Shown: positions 1-7,492, counted from the first letter of the stretch. The stretch is DNA of 40,802 nt from Candidatus Taylorbacteria bacterium RIFCSPHIGHO2_02_FULL_44_12 (GCA_001822575.1 MHRM01000012.1:6846-47647); one strand, 5' to 3'. The notes: a model not told the origin generated them from the letters alone. Translations and numbers: made by a program.

Positions 1-350
1 ATGATGGAACGGGCCCGGCCAATGTCTTTGGCTTCACCTTTGGAGAGTAATAGATATTTATTCAAGCCCATATGTTCAGCCACTTTGGTCAAGCTGATAG
101 TATTAACGATGGCCGAGCGATAGGCAGTCAATTCGCCCTCGGTATGATGAGGATATTTGCGGAATAAAAAGCTAGTCACAACAAGCTCCAAGACGGCATC
201 CCCCAAGAATTCTAGCCTTTCATTGTGTTCCAAACCGGAACCGCGATTTTCATTTATATAAGATCGGTGGGTGCAAGCGGCTCGCAAAAGCGATATATCG
301 TCAAACTCCACTCCGATGTGTTTGGCCAAGTTTTCAAAATTGATATTCAT
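1..350 (-). CDS. rnc: Ribonuclease III, N-terminal part (gene runs off the left window edge)
   Basis: Not in the ORF track because it is open at the edge. My translation of the minus strand from the ATG at 350-348 gives MNINFENLAKHIGVEFDDISLLRAACTHRSYINENRGSGLEHNERLEFLGDAVLELVVTSFLF...LLLSKGEAKD. It carries the RNase III signature ERLEFLGDA. The start abuts the nusB stop at 352-354. Confidence 0.85.
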   Translation of the reverse strand, partial: MNINFENLAKHIGVEFDDISLLRAACTHRSYINENRGSGLEHNERLEFLGDAVLELVVTSFLFRKYPHHTEGELTAYRSAIVNTISLTKVAEHMGLNKYLLLSKGEAKDIGRARSI

Positions 351-351
351 A

Positions 352-1260
352 CTATTTCTTATTCTTCTGACTCAATATCATAACTGCTTTGGTAACGATC
401 GGCAAAATGTCATTATAAAAATTAAGAGCTAGAATGTCGGAGAGCTTGAACCATTTGGCATCGTCAAGGCCTGGTTTGTCAGCCAATATGAGCTTGCCAA
501 AAGGAGCTTCAGCCAGATAGTAATGAACTTGTTTGCGGATTTTGCCTTTTTCAGGATCATTGGCTATATATTCATTGGAACCGAGATCGGCTTTGATGAC
601 GATGTCTAGACCGATCTCTTCTTTGGCTTTGGCGATAGTGCCGGCTTCGGGGGTTACGCCTTCGGCGATCTTGCCCTTGGTCAGGGTCCAATGGCCGAAG
701 ATGTCATGAACAAAAGCCATGTATGACTCTCCTTCAGATTGACTGTAGACAACTGCTCCGCCCAATCGCTGAACCGGCATATTCTCGTAAGGGACTTCAC
801 TGGTCTTTTTTTTTGTAGAAACTTCATCCTTGCCGGGTTCACCAAGCTCTTTGTAGACGGCTCCGAGAACACCATTGGCAAAGCGACCGCTGGCATCGCC
901 GCCGAATGTTTTGGCCAGCTCTATGGCTTCGTTGATGGCGACCTTGGCCGGAACTTCGCCACGATCAGAGAATAACAGTTCGTAAAGACCTAACCGCAAA
1001 ACATTCCGGTCAATAACCGATATCTTTTCCAGCGGCCAGTCTGGAGCGGCTTGGACGATTATCTCATTGAGATCTTTTAGTTTGGCTAGGACGCCTCTGA
1101 CGAGCTGTTCGGTGAACGATGAATCGCTGGTGCCTGGGGCAAATTCCAGGTTGTTGCGGGCCACGATAATATTGATCTCGGGACCTCCCAGCTGACCACG
1201 GAAATCCCACTCAAAGAGTGATTGGAGAGCTACCGAGCGTGAAAGATGACGATTTGCCAT
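352..1260 (-). CDS. nusB: NusB antitermination factor fused to a C-terminal Nudix-fold domain with a degenerate Nudix box
   Basis: 302 aa. The N-terminal ~140 aa is NusB-like (RSVALQSLFEWDF..., NVLRLGLYELLF, AINEAIELAKTFG). The C-terminal ~140 aa is Nudix-like: GHWTLTKGKIAEGVTPEAGTIAKAKEEIGL aligns to GX5EX7REUXEEXGU. The first E is V and RE is AK. Confidence 0.75.
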   Translation of the reverse strand: MANRHLSRSVALQSLFEWDFRGQLGGPEINIIVARNNLEFAPGTSDSSFTEQLVRGVLAKLKDLNEIIVQAAPDWPLEKISVIDRNVLRLGLYELLFSDRGEVPAKVAINEAIELAKTFGGDASGRFANGVLGAVYKELGEPGKDEVSTKKKTSEVPYENMPVQRLGGAVVYSQSEGESYMAFVHDIFGHWTLTKGKIAEGVTPEAGTIAKAKEEIGLDIVIKADLGSNEYIANDPEKGKIRKQVHYYLAEAPFGKLILADKPGLDDAKWFKLSDILALNFYNDILPIVTKAVMILSQKNKK

Positions 1261-1380
1261 TGTGATAAAAGAACTGTTTACATAAAGGACTATTCAAGTG
1301 TTACTACATAAAAACAAAAATCATTCTCACCAACTCTTGGGGGTTTGAACAAGCTCTTGGGCCCGAACGACTGACGGCTG

Positions 1381-1611
1381 TCATTTTTTGTTCTCCTTCC
1401 CTTTTCCCGCAATCTTGGCATTCTTGCGTAGAGCTTTTGCTCCCATATCTATAACCATGCGGCCTTTGTAATGACCGCAACCGACGCACAAAACATGACT
1501 CCTATGCAGAGCTCCGCAGTGAGAACACTTGGAAAACCGAGCGGAAGAAAGGGCGTGATGCGAACGCCTATTGCCCCTATGTGAGCGCGTAGCGCGCATT
1601 CGGACTACCAT
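1381..1611 (-). CDS. rpmF: 50S ribosomal protein L32
   Basis: 76 aa. MVVRMRATRSHRGNRRSHHAL...CSHCG...CVGCGHYKG is a typical L32 N-terminus with a CxxC...CxxC zinc ribbon. Confidence 0.9.
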   Translation of the reverse strand: MVVRMRATRSHRGNRRSHHALSSARFSKCSHCGALHRSHVLCVGCGHYKGRMVIDMGAKALRKNAKIAGKGKENKK

Positions 1612-1659
1612 GGCAAAAGTATTGCATATAAATCTGGGAGGTGCAATGATTTGTTAGAA

Positions 1660-1732
1660 CCGCCCATAGCTCAGTCGGTAGAGCACTCGCCTCTTAAGCG
1701 ATTGGTCGTTGGTTCGAATCCAACTGGGCGGA
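1660..1732 (+). tRNA. tRNA-Lys (anticodon CTT)
   Basis: Hand-folded cloverleaf. The 7-bp acceptor is CCGCCCA/TGGGCGG. The D arm is GCTC-AGTCGGTA-GAGC. The anticodon loop is CTCTTAA and the T arm is GTTGG-TTCGAAT-CCAAC. The discriminator is A and no CCA is encoded. Confidence 0.85.
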
Positions 1733-1741
1733 CAAAGGAAA

Positions 1742-1761
1742 GTAAAAAGGTAAAAGGTAAA
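1742..1761. repeat. Left arm of an A/T-rich inverted repeat (GTAAAAAGGTAAAAGGTAAA) flanking the four-helix-bundle ORF
   Basis: Three GGTAAA(A)-type units lie directly upstream of the ATG at 1761. Their reverse complement (TTTACC units) recurs at 2148-2172, just after the stop. Confidence 0.6.
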
Positions 1762-2147
1762 TGGAAAAAGTGCAAAAAGATAATAAAAAATTCAAAGTTG
1801 ATTTCAAAATACGATTGTATGGATGGTCGTTGCGGGTAATCAAAATGATTGATACTCTATCAAAAGGTCAATCAAATTTAGTTATTGGTAATCAATTGTT
1901 GAGAAGTAGTACGAGCATATTGGCAAATTATGTTGAGGGTCAGTCAGCAAGCTCCAGAAAAGATTTCACTAATTTCGTCAACCATTCTCTTAAGTCGGCT
2001 AATGAATCCAAGGTTTGGTTATCATTTTTAAGAGACCTGAAGAAGGGCGATAATGAAGAACTGGAGTGGCTTATAAAAGAATTGATTGAAATATCAAATA
2101 TATTAGCTTCAATAATAATGACATTAAGAAATAAAAAAATAAAATAA
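1761..2147 (+). CDS. Four-helix-bundle protein of the 23S rRNA intervening-sequence protein family
   Basis: 128 aa. F..R....S...NI.EG-type motifs (LLRSSTSILANYVEGQSASSRKDFTNFVNHSLKSANESKVWLSFL) are typical of this family. The gene is very AT-rich compared with its neighbours. Confidence 0.75.
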   Translation: MEKVQKDNKKFKVDFKIRLYGWSLRVIKMIDTLSKGQSNLVIGNQLLRSSTSILANYVEGQSASSRKDFTNFVNHSLKSANESKVWLSFLRDLKKGDNEELEWLIKELIEISNILASIIMTLRNKKIK

Positions 2148-2172
2148 CTTTTACTTTTTACCTTTACCTTTT
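2148..2172. repeat. Right arm of the inverted repeat (ACTTTTACTTTTTACCTTTACCTTTT)
   Basis: Reverse complement of the 1742-1761 units with a one-nucleotide register slip. It lies between the ORF stop and tRNA-Leu. Confidence 0.6.
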
Positions 2173-2183
2173 AAAATTTTACC

Positions 2184-2265
2184 GCCGGGGTGGCGAAATT
2201 GGCAGACGCACTTGCCTTAGGAGCAAGCGGAGCAATCCATGGAGGTTCAAGTCCTCTCCCCGGCA
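2184..2265 (+). tRNA. tRNA-Leu (anticodon TAG), long variable arm
   Basis: The acceptor is GCCGGGG/CCCCGGC. The anticodon stem-loop is CTTGC-CTTAGGA-GCAAG. The variable arm is long (CGGAGCAATCCAT) and the T arm is GGAGG-TTCAAGT-CCTCT. The discriminator is A. Confidence 0.85.
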
Positions 2266-2268
2266 CTA

Positions 2269-2297
2269 TTGACATAGCTTGTGATGCATGATAGCGT
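2269..2297 (+). promoter_or_regulatory. Candidate sigma70-type promoter TTGACA-17-TAGCGT
   Basis: A perfect -35 hexamer lies right after tRNA-Leu. After a 17-nt spacer there is a weak -10 that keeps T1, A2 and T6. It sits upstream of the 2337 ORF. Confidence 0.3.
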
Positions 2298-2336
2298 GTT
2301 TGAGGAGGTGTAAAGAAACAAAACAAAAAAGGACCC

Positions 2337-2705
2337 ATGAATACAGAAGAAAAAACGATTGATATCTGCGATGAACCACAAGTGTCGGCAATGTGTCGGC
2401 AAGCACTACTCACTTACTTGCCGAGGCTTATTGGGGATAAGCTCCCATATATGGCCTGTGTGAGCTGGGACAGCCCCACAGATATTCCCACCAAGTATTT
2501 GCCACATATCCTAATTGTGGCGCCCGGAAAAGATGGTCACCGGTGGCCGATAATTGAGAAAGCCAAAGCATTGGGAATCAATGTGGTAGTCTGGAGTGGT
2601 GATCCAGCAAATGCCGAAAGAGCTTCGGGCATTGGGGCCTTGTTCCAAGAAAAAAAGGAAGGAAGTAAGCCTTTGGTTGAGCTTATTGTTCCCTTCCTGA
2701 AATGA
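2337..2705 (+). CDS. Hypothetical protein, possibly a CheY-like pseudo-receiver domain
   Basis: 122 aa. The pattern TIDICDE ... HILIVAPGKDG ... INVVVWSGDP ... GALFQEK ... LVELI resembles a response-regulator receiver. The phospho-acceptor Asp position appears to be Ala or deleted. This is based on pattern recognition only. Confidence 0.4.
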   Translation: MNTEEKTIDICDEPQVSAMCRQALLTYLPRLIGDKLPYMACVSWDSPTDIPTKYLPHILIVAPGKDGHRWPIIEKAKALGINVVVWSGDPANAERASGIGALFQEKKEGSKPLVELIVPFLK

Positions 2706-2719
2706 ACCAGATCGACCTT

Positions 2720-2756
2720 GGCGCGCGCTCCTTCGGGAAGCGCGCCCACTTTTTTA
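2720..2756 (+). terminator. Rho-independent terminator
   Basis: A GC-rich hairpin GGCGCGCGCTCC-TTCG-GGAAGCGCGCC has a TTCG tetraloop and one bulged A. It is followed by CACTTTTTT. Confidence 0.8.
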
Positions 2757-2773
2757 TAAAACCATTATTTCAA

Positions 2774-2808
2774 CGAGGCGAGGCCTCAACCATGGAGGTC
2801 CGACCTCC
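2774..2808. repeat. Dispersed palindrome family, copy 1 (CGAGGCGAGGCCTC + GGAGGTCCGACCTCC)
   Basis: The same two-module motif recurs at 4719-4771, 4864-4900 and 16065-16096. The core alone recurs at 28843-28865 and 30984-31000. Confidence 0.8.
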
Positions 2809-2833
2809 CTGGTTTAGCATAACATAACACCTA

Positions 2834-2862
2834 TTGACTTTTGTAAAGGGTTCGGGTAGAAT
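2834..2862 (+). promoter_or_regulatory. Sigma70-type promoter TTGACT-17-TAGAAT
   Basis: TTGACT lies at 2834-2839 and TAGAAT at 2857-2862, separated by exactly 17 nt. It is upstream of the large membrane-protein gene. Confidence 0.55.
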
Positions 2863-2930
2863 ATGGCCAATATCGTGTAGTTTTGAAAAGTAAACAAAGC
2901 CCAGAAACGGGCACAACCAATGGAACAAAA

Positions 2931-4622
2931 ATGGCAGAAAATAATCCCTTGTCGATAATCATCGACAACGATTTAAATATTGTAGTCAACAACCCTTGGG
3001 TGGAGAAACTTGTTGCTGAAATCCGCCAGACCGGTAACGGCCAAGCAACGGTATGGCCTTCACAGGAAGTAAAGATGCCAATGGGGACTGATAACAAGGT
3101 CAGCCTTGACAACCTAAAGAGAAATATCTCTCCTGTTCCTCCCGGCTCGTACAGGGCAATAATCAAGGCCATCTACGCAATGGATGCCGGAGGAGAAACC
3201 GAAGAGAAGGTTATTGCATTCAAATTGACCAAAGAGCAGATAGACTGGCTATCGGCTCCGGCGATCAAGCCTCCAAAACCGACTATGCAACATCCACCAG
3301 AACCCACTTCTGAAGCGTCCGGGCAAGAAGAAGCCCAGCAGATGCTGAAAGAAGTTGAGGAAAGGGCAAGTGCCCGACTTGAGGAGGAGCGAAGAAGAGA
3401 AGCGGCTGCAAAACCGCCCACTCCACTTCCAGCAGCAAAAGTGCAACCGAAAAAGGAGACAGTTCGCATCTACTTGCCTTCGGCTCCAGCTGAGCCTGCC
3501 CCCGGAGCTCCAGTTGAAGAAAAGCCGGCACCATCGAAGGTGGCACCCGCTCAACCACAGGAAGACTTGCGAATCGGACTTCAAGCTGAGCGGATCAAAA
3601 AACAGGAAGCTGAAAAAGCTCAGCTTGCCAAACAACTTGAGGAGGAAAAGCGCGCTGCTCAAACGATCGTTGAGGAGGAGAAGAAAAAAACTGCCGAGGC
3701 TCAGAGGCTAGCTGCGGAATTAACTCTTCGATTGACGGCCGCTCAAGCATCGGTGACCGCAGCTCAAGCTGCTGCACCTCCAAGCGAGATGGTGAACTTC
3801 CAAAAAAAACTGGATGCCCTCGCCGCCAAAACCGCATCGCTGTCTCAACTTCCGCCCAACCCCCCACCACCCATTGAGGAAAAATCGTCTGACAAAAAAA
3901 CAGACAAACTTCGGGAGATTGCAAAAAAAGGCCTCCCTTGGTGGTTCATTGTCGGACTGGTGGCGCTCCTCTCTTTGATAGGAGGAACCATCTTCAAGAA
4001 AATGGTGTGGGAAAAGAGAGTAACCGACACACTCCCTCATTCCGGCGGTGCCTTGCAATCATTGCAAGAGGAAAACAAGGCGCTCAAAGAGTTGTTGGCA
4101 AGTAAATCCGTTTCTCCCGCCGCCATCCCAACGCCGACTAATGTCGCAGATGTCGGTGGCGCATCGCCCACCCCAACCAGTCCGGTTGGTAGTGGTGGAC
4201 AGTCTGTGGTGGTCAGTGGAAGCGGCAATGCTTTCCACGCTCCCCTCATCCTGAATGGAGCACACATTCCTCTGGTACCCGTGAGTTGGTTGTGCGTCAG
4301 CACAACAAATTCATTCTCGGTGCCGTCGGGATTGAACCTCCGCACTGGAACCGTGGTCTATTCTTGGGAGGAAGAACTCCTTCCGGGCCAGATCATGGAT
4401 CGACTCATAGATGGTCCCGAGTGGGAACTGTCTTATGAAGTCCGAGGTTTCAAATACCCTGTCATTGACACGGCCATATGCCTCAACAGCAAATGGGTTG
4501 AAACCTCCCAGTGGTCGTCATCGGATCGATCTGGGATCCCCACCACCGGCCAGCGTTTCAGAATTATTCCTGGAATGCAGTCTGTGACTATCACCTTCAC
4601 AGTGAGGAAAATCCGCCGCTAG
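2931..4622 (+). CDS. Large single-pass membrane protein with a Pro/Glu/Lys/Ala-rich coiled-coil region and a beta-rich C-terminal domain (hypothetical)
   Basis: The ORF is open from a TTG at 2883, and the first ATG is at 2931 (MAENNPLSIII...). It has a TolA-like charged helical stretch (EEERRREAAAKPP..., KKQEAEKAQLAKQLEEEKRAAQTIVEEEKKK). There is one TM helix (LPWWFIVGLVALLSLIGGTIF), then a PT-rich linker and a ~150-aa C-terminal domain. The start codon is uncertain. Confidence 0.6.
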   Translation: MAENNPLSIIIDNDLNIVVNNPWVEKLVAEIRQTGNGQATVWPSQEVKMPMGTDNKVSLDNLKRNISPVPPGSYRAIIKAIYAMDAGGETEEKVIAFKLTKEQIDWLSAPAIKPPKPTMQHPPEPTSEASGQEEAQQMLKEVEERASARLEEERRREAAAKPPTPLPAAKVQPKKETVRIYLPSAPAEPAPGAPVEEKPAPSKVAPAQPQEDLRIGLQAERIKKQEAEKAQLAKQLEEEKRAAQTIVEEEKKKTAEAQRLAAELTLRLTAAQASVTAAQAAAPPSEMVNFQKKLDALAAKTASLSQLPPNPPPPIEEKSSDKKTDKLREIAKKGLPWWFIVGLVALLSLIGGTIFKKMVWEKRVTDTLPHSGGALQSLQEENKALKELLASKSVSPAAIPTPTNVADVGGASPTPTSPVGSGGQSVVVSGSGNAFHAPLILNGAHIPLVPVSWLCVSTTNSFSVPSGLNLRTGTVVYSWEEELLPGQIMDRLIDGPEWELSYEVRGFKYPVIDTAICLNSKWVETSQWSSSDRSGIPTTGQRFRIIPGMQSVTITFTVRKIRR

Positions 4623-4647
4623 GGCAGAATCCTCACTTCGCAGATTG

Positions 4648-4697
4648 CCCCCGTGTAGTGCATGCTTTACAGCGTGTATTACCGGGGGTGATTTTTT
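4648..4697 (+). terminator. Candidate terminator
   Basis: The stem pairs CCCCCGTGTA with TACCGGGGG (9 bp with one bulge and a long loop). It is followed by TGATTTTTT, 26 nt after the stop codon. Confidence 0.45.
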
Positions 4698-4718
4698 ATA
4701 CGAAAAGTAAACATTCAC

Positions 4719-4771
4719 CGAGGCGAGGCCTCGCTGGACCAAGGTCGGACCTCGAGGTCAGACCTTGGTCC
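4719..4771. repeat. Dispersed palindrome family, copy 2 (CGAGGCGAGGCCTCG + a 36-nt palindrome containing two core units)
   Basis: At 4736-4771 the sequence GGACCAAGGTCGGACCTC|GAGGTCAGACCTTGGTCC is self-complementary in 17 of 18 positions. Confidence 0.8.
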
Positions 4772-4863
4772 AAAACGGGCATTTGACTAAACCAGAAAAC
4801 TATGCCAGACTATTACCAGTCAGGCATTCGTGTGAATGTTCGTTGACAGATAATTTGAGTTAC

Positions 4864-4900
4864 AGAGGTCGGACCTATGTATCATATAGGCCAGGCCTCG
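4864..4900. repeat. Dispersed palindrome family, copy 3 (AGAGGTCGGACCTAT ... ATAGGCCAGGCCTCG)
   Basis: The core matches 16081-16096 (CAGAGGTCGGACCTATGTA). The GAGGCC module is in inverted order. Confidence 0.75.
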
Positions 4901-4973
4901 TTGATTTCGTAAACCAGAACTTCTCCGTAAGGGTTGTTCGCAAAAAGAAAGATAAAAAGTGAATGGAACGAAT

Positions 4974-5939
4974 ATGAATAGAGACGCAACGGAGTCACCC
5001 AGACTAAAGCCGTTTGGAAACCCAGTAAGCATTACAATCATCTGGGTAATAATCGTCTTGGGAGGAGTTGGTATTCTGCTGGCTCTGCTAGGAAAATTCT
5101 TGGGGATCATAGTATTCGTCATAGGAATGCTGATCCTGAAGTTCGGACTAACGAAATTCTCGCCAGATAAACCACGGATCGCCGGACTTCTGACCAGAAA
5201 TGGCGTTCCAATAAAAGGAAGAGATGGTAATGGTTATGTGGTTGGTGGAATTACCATTCTCATGGATTATTTCCCTTTTTACATAGGAGCCATTCCCATA
5301 GACATAACGAATCAGGATAAGGACTTCCCTGTGAAGATTACATGCAAGGGCACAGATCAAGATGGCAATGGAACAGTACAATTAGAAGGGATTGTTTCGG
5401 TTTCATGGAGACCAGATCTCGCCGACCTTCAGGACTATGTTGATTCCGGATCATCTCCAGAGAAAATCTGGGCACAACTGGACGACATAGTCGAAAACAG
5501 AGTCAGAAGCGAGTGTAAGGATAAATCTTGGTTATATCTTGTCCAAGAAGGGGGTGAGGCAGTCGGTGATTTTGTCAGGAGAAGCATTCTTGATCATTCC
5601 TCATTCGGGATAGATCTATTCAAAATACAGATTGTCTTGAACGCTCCCAGTGATTTAGTCAAAGGAGCGTTGAATCGGGAAATAGAGTTACAACAACGCC
5701 AGTCCGATCTATTGGACTATGCGACAATGCGTTTAGCGGCTAAAGAGCTTTGGGACGCATTTGAACTTGATCCAAAGACAAGGGGGAAATACGGACTGGA
5801 TGACTGTCTTCAGATGATTCAGAGACAACACCAGATCCAAGAAGGACGGTCTGTCTTGATAGATAGCGCTGGCGTATCCGGAGCCATCAACATAGCCAAC
5901 TTCACCGCGCAGCTAAATCAAAAAGGGGGCGGGTCATGA
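4974..5939 (+). CDS. Membrane-anchored SPFH (band 7 / prohibitin-like) domain protein
   Basis: There are two N-terminal TM helices. An SPFH-like core follows (FPFYIGAIPIDITNQDKDFPVKI..., GIVSVSWRPDLADLQDYV, FGIDLFKIQIVLNAPSDLVKGALNREIELQQRQ). An in-frame GTG at 4959 is an alternative start. Confidence 0.55.
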   Translation: MNRDATESPRLKPFGNPVSITIIWVIIVLGGVGILLALLGKFLGIIVFVIGMLILKFGLTKFSPDKPRIAGLLTRNGVPIKGRDGNGYVVGGITILMDYFPFYIGAIPIDITNQDKDFPVKITCKGTDQDGNGTVQLEGIVSVSWRPDLADLQDYVDSGSSPEKIWAQLDDIVENRVRSECKDKSWLYLVQEGGEAVGDFVRRSILDHSSFGIDLFKIQIVLNAPSDLVKGALNREIELQQRQSDLLDYATMRLAAKELWDAFELDPKTRGKYGLDDCLQMIQRQHQIQEGRSVLIDSAGVSGAINIANFTAQLNQKGGGS

Positions 5940-6388
5940 CAAAAATCAAATTGGGTGGATGGGTTATGTTGGTGTTGGTGTTTGGAATCCTATCTGTCTG
6001 GGTCCTCGGCCTCTGGCTAAAAGACCCATCAAAGCCGATGTTCGCGGAGACAGGCACAAGCCCCCGCCAGACACGAACATCTGCCAATTACACAAGCAAG
6101 AACTGGCTCCGCATCACCAACATTATGGTTGTCAGTGGTCAATGGTCGCAGGAAATCACCGTTGACAAAAGCCGAGGAGACGAAAGATTGGACTCCAGGC
6201 TCCTTACACCTGGCGTGTGGTGGCAGATCAAGGTGAATGGAGTGGAATATCCACCCATGCCTCCATTAAATTCCCCTGAAGCCAAGGCTGTGGAGTTGCC
6301 GGAGGTCAACTCCATGCAATGGCGAGTGATCCCCAATTCCTCGGTCTCTCTGGGGACAATTGAGTATTGGGTCACAAAAAGGTATTGA
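5936..6388 (+). CDS. Small membrane-anchored protein, translationally coupled to the SPFH gene (hypothetical)
   Basis: 150 aa. The ATG overlaps the upstream TGA (ATGA at 5936-5939). It has one N-terminal TM helix (GWVMLVLVFGILSVWVLGLWL) and a beta-rich C-terminal part. Confidence 0.6.
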   Translation: MTKIKLGGWVMLVLVFGILSVWVLGLWLKDPSKPMFAETGTSPRQTRTSANYTSKNWLRITNIMVVSGQWSQEITVDKSRGDERLDSRLLTPGVWWQIKVNGVEYPPMPPLNSPEAKAVELPEVNSMQWRVIPNSSVSLGTIEYWVTKRY

Positions 6389-6500
6389 GAAGAACGCGGA
6401 GCATAGAATAGTAGCACAGTGCATGAGGCAGTGGACACGGATGTCCATTGTCTCTTTTTTTATAAAACCCATTTCTCTGCCTTTTCGCCAAATAGCAAAT

Positions 6501-6588
6501 CAAAAAATCCCCCGTAGTCGAATCCCCCTTTGAAAAAGGGGTGGATTGATGCCGAGCGAAGCGAGGTATCAAGAGGGGGGATTTTTGG
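6501..6588. repeat. Nested palindromic element at a convergent gene junction (likely bidirectional terminator)
   Basis: The outer stem pairs AAAAATCCCCC (6503-6513) with GGGGGATTTTT (6576-6586). The inner hairpin is AATCCCCCTTT-GAAA-AAGGGGTGGATT. A/T runs lie on both sides. Confidence 0.65.
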
Positions 6589-6596
6589 CAAGGGAT

Positions 6597-6881
6597 TCAA
6601 ATCCCCTTGAGTGTATTTGACACCAGATAAATAATGCCCCAGGCCGAGATCATGATGAACATCCCGATGATCCCTCCCAACATATGATTGCGGCCCTGTT
6701 CGCGAGCCGCTGGGTCTCCCCCTTTCCAGATCATTTCAAAAATCCCATAAGCAAAAACAACCACTCCGACTGCGAACATAAGTCCGACGATCGGAGTAAT
6801 TATATTTGATACTATAGGCTGTATAGCCTGCCCGAACGATTCAGGTCCTGATGCGGCGTTTGCTATAGAGGCTAGAGTCAT
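6597..6881 (-). CDS. T4SS pilin-like (TrbC/VirB2-type) small membrane protein, paralogue 1
   Basis: 94 aa with two TM helices separated by a short charged loop (KGGDPAAREQGRNHMLGGIIGMFI). It has the same architecture as the four genes upstream. Confidence 0.6.
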   Translation of the reverse strand: MTLASIANAASGPESFGQAIQPIVSNIITPIVGLMFAVGVVVFAYGIFEMIWKGGDPAAREQGRNHMLGGIIGMFIMISAWGIIYLVSNTLKGI

Positions 6882-6908
6882 AATACAACATAGAGAACCG
6901 GAGAATTA

Positions 6909-7343
6909 TTATCTCGGAGTCTGAATGTCAATTAAAGGAAAATCTCCAGCAGGAGCCCTATTGGAACCAGTGTTGAATGTGGTTGTCAAGATTCGCACAA
7001 GCCCCCAAATGGAAAGAATGATAAACAAACCAACAATACCCCAAAGAATCTTTTGTCCGGCTTCTTGGCGCGCCGCGGCATCGGAGCCTCCAATTATCAG
7101 ATATCTAACAACGCTGTAAACAATCCAGATGACAGCAACAGAAATCAAAACATACACCACAAAATTACCAATCCTAGAAAATTGGTTTGAAATTGCGGCG
7201 GTATTAGTTGTAAAAGCGTTTACATTATAGTCTGGACCAGGGGGCGGTATGGTATGATTTGAAGCATAACTCTGAACCGCTAATCCTTGCGCAAACACAA
7301 AAGCCACAACTAAACATACTACATAGGTAATAATTTTCTTCAT
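6909..7343 (-). CDS. T4SS pilin-like small membrane protein, paralogue 2
   Basis: 144 aa. A signal peptide is followed by two TM helices with the loop IIGGSDAAARQEAGQKILWGIVGLFI. Confidence 0.6.
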   Translation of the reverse strand: MKKIITYVVCLVVAFVFAQGLAVQSYASNHTIPPPGPDYNVNAFTTNTAAISNQFSRIGNFVVYVLISVAVIWIVYSVVRYLIIGGSDAAARQEAGQKILWGIVGLFIILSIWGLVRILTTTFNTGSNRAPAGDFPLIDIQTPR

Positions 7344-7492
7344 AGTGATGATGAAACTAATAAATAATAATTAACCCCCTCATTCTATCTCATCCGCAAA
7401 TGGCTGGAAAGGCCCAACTGTGGATATGAGAATAGAAAGGCCTTTTGTAAAACTCTGGAAATAACAAGAAATGCACGCGAGGATACCACCGC

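Noticed and set aside
1651-2413. ORFs 1651-1839 (+) and 2171-2413 (-) overlapping the tRNA genes
   Set aside because: They run straight through the tRNA-Lys and tRNA-Leu cloverleaves, so the tRNA interpretation is much better supported.
2831-4345. Many overlapping 60-140-aa ORFs on both strands inside the 2931-4622 gene
   Set aside because: They are generated by the GC-rich, low-complexity Pro/Ala/Glu/Lys coding region. Only the long plus-strand frame is continuous and has a promoter and a terminator.
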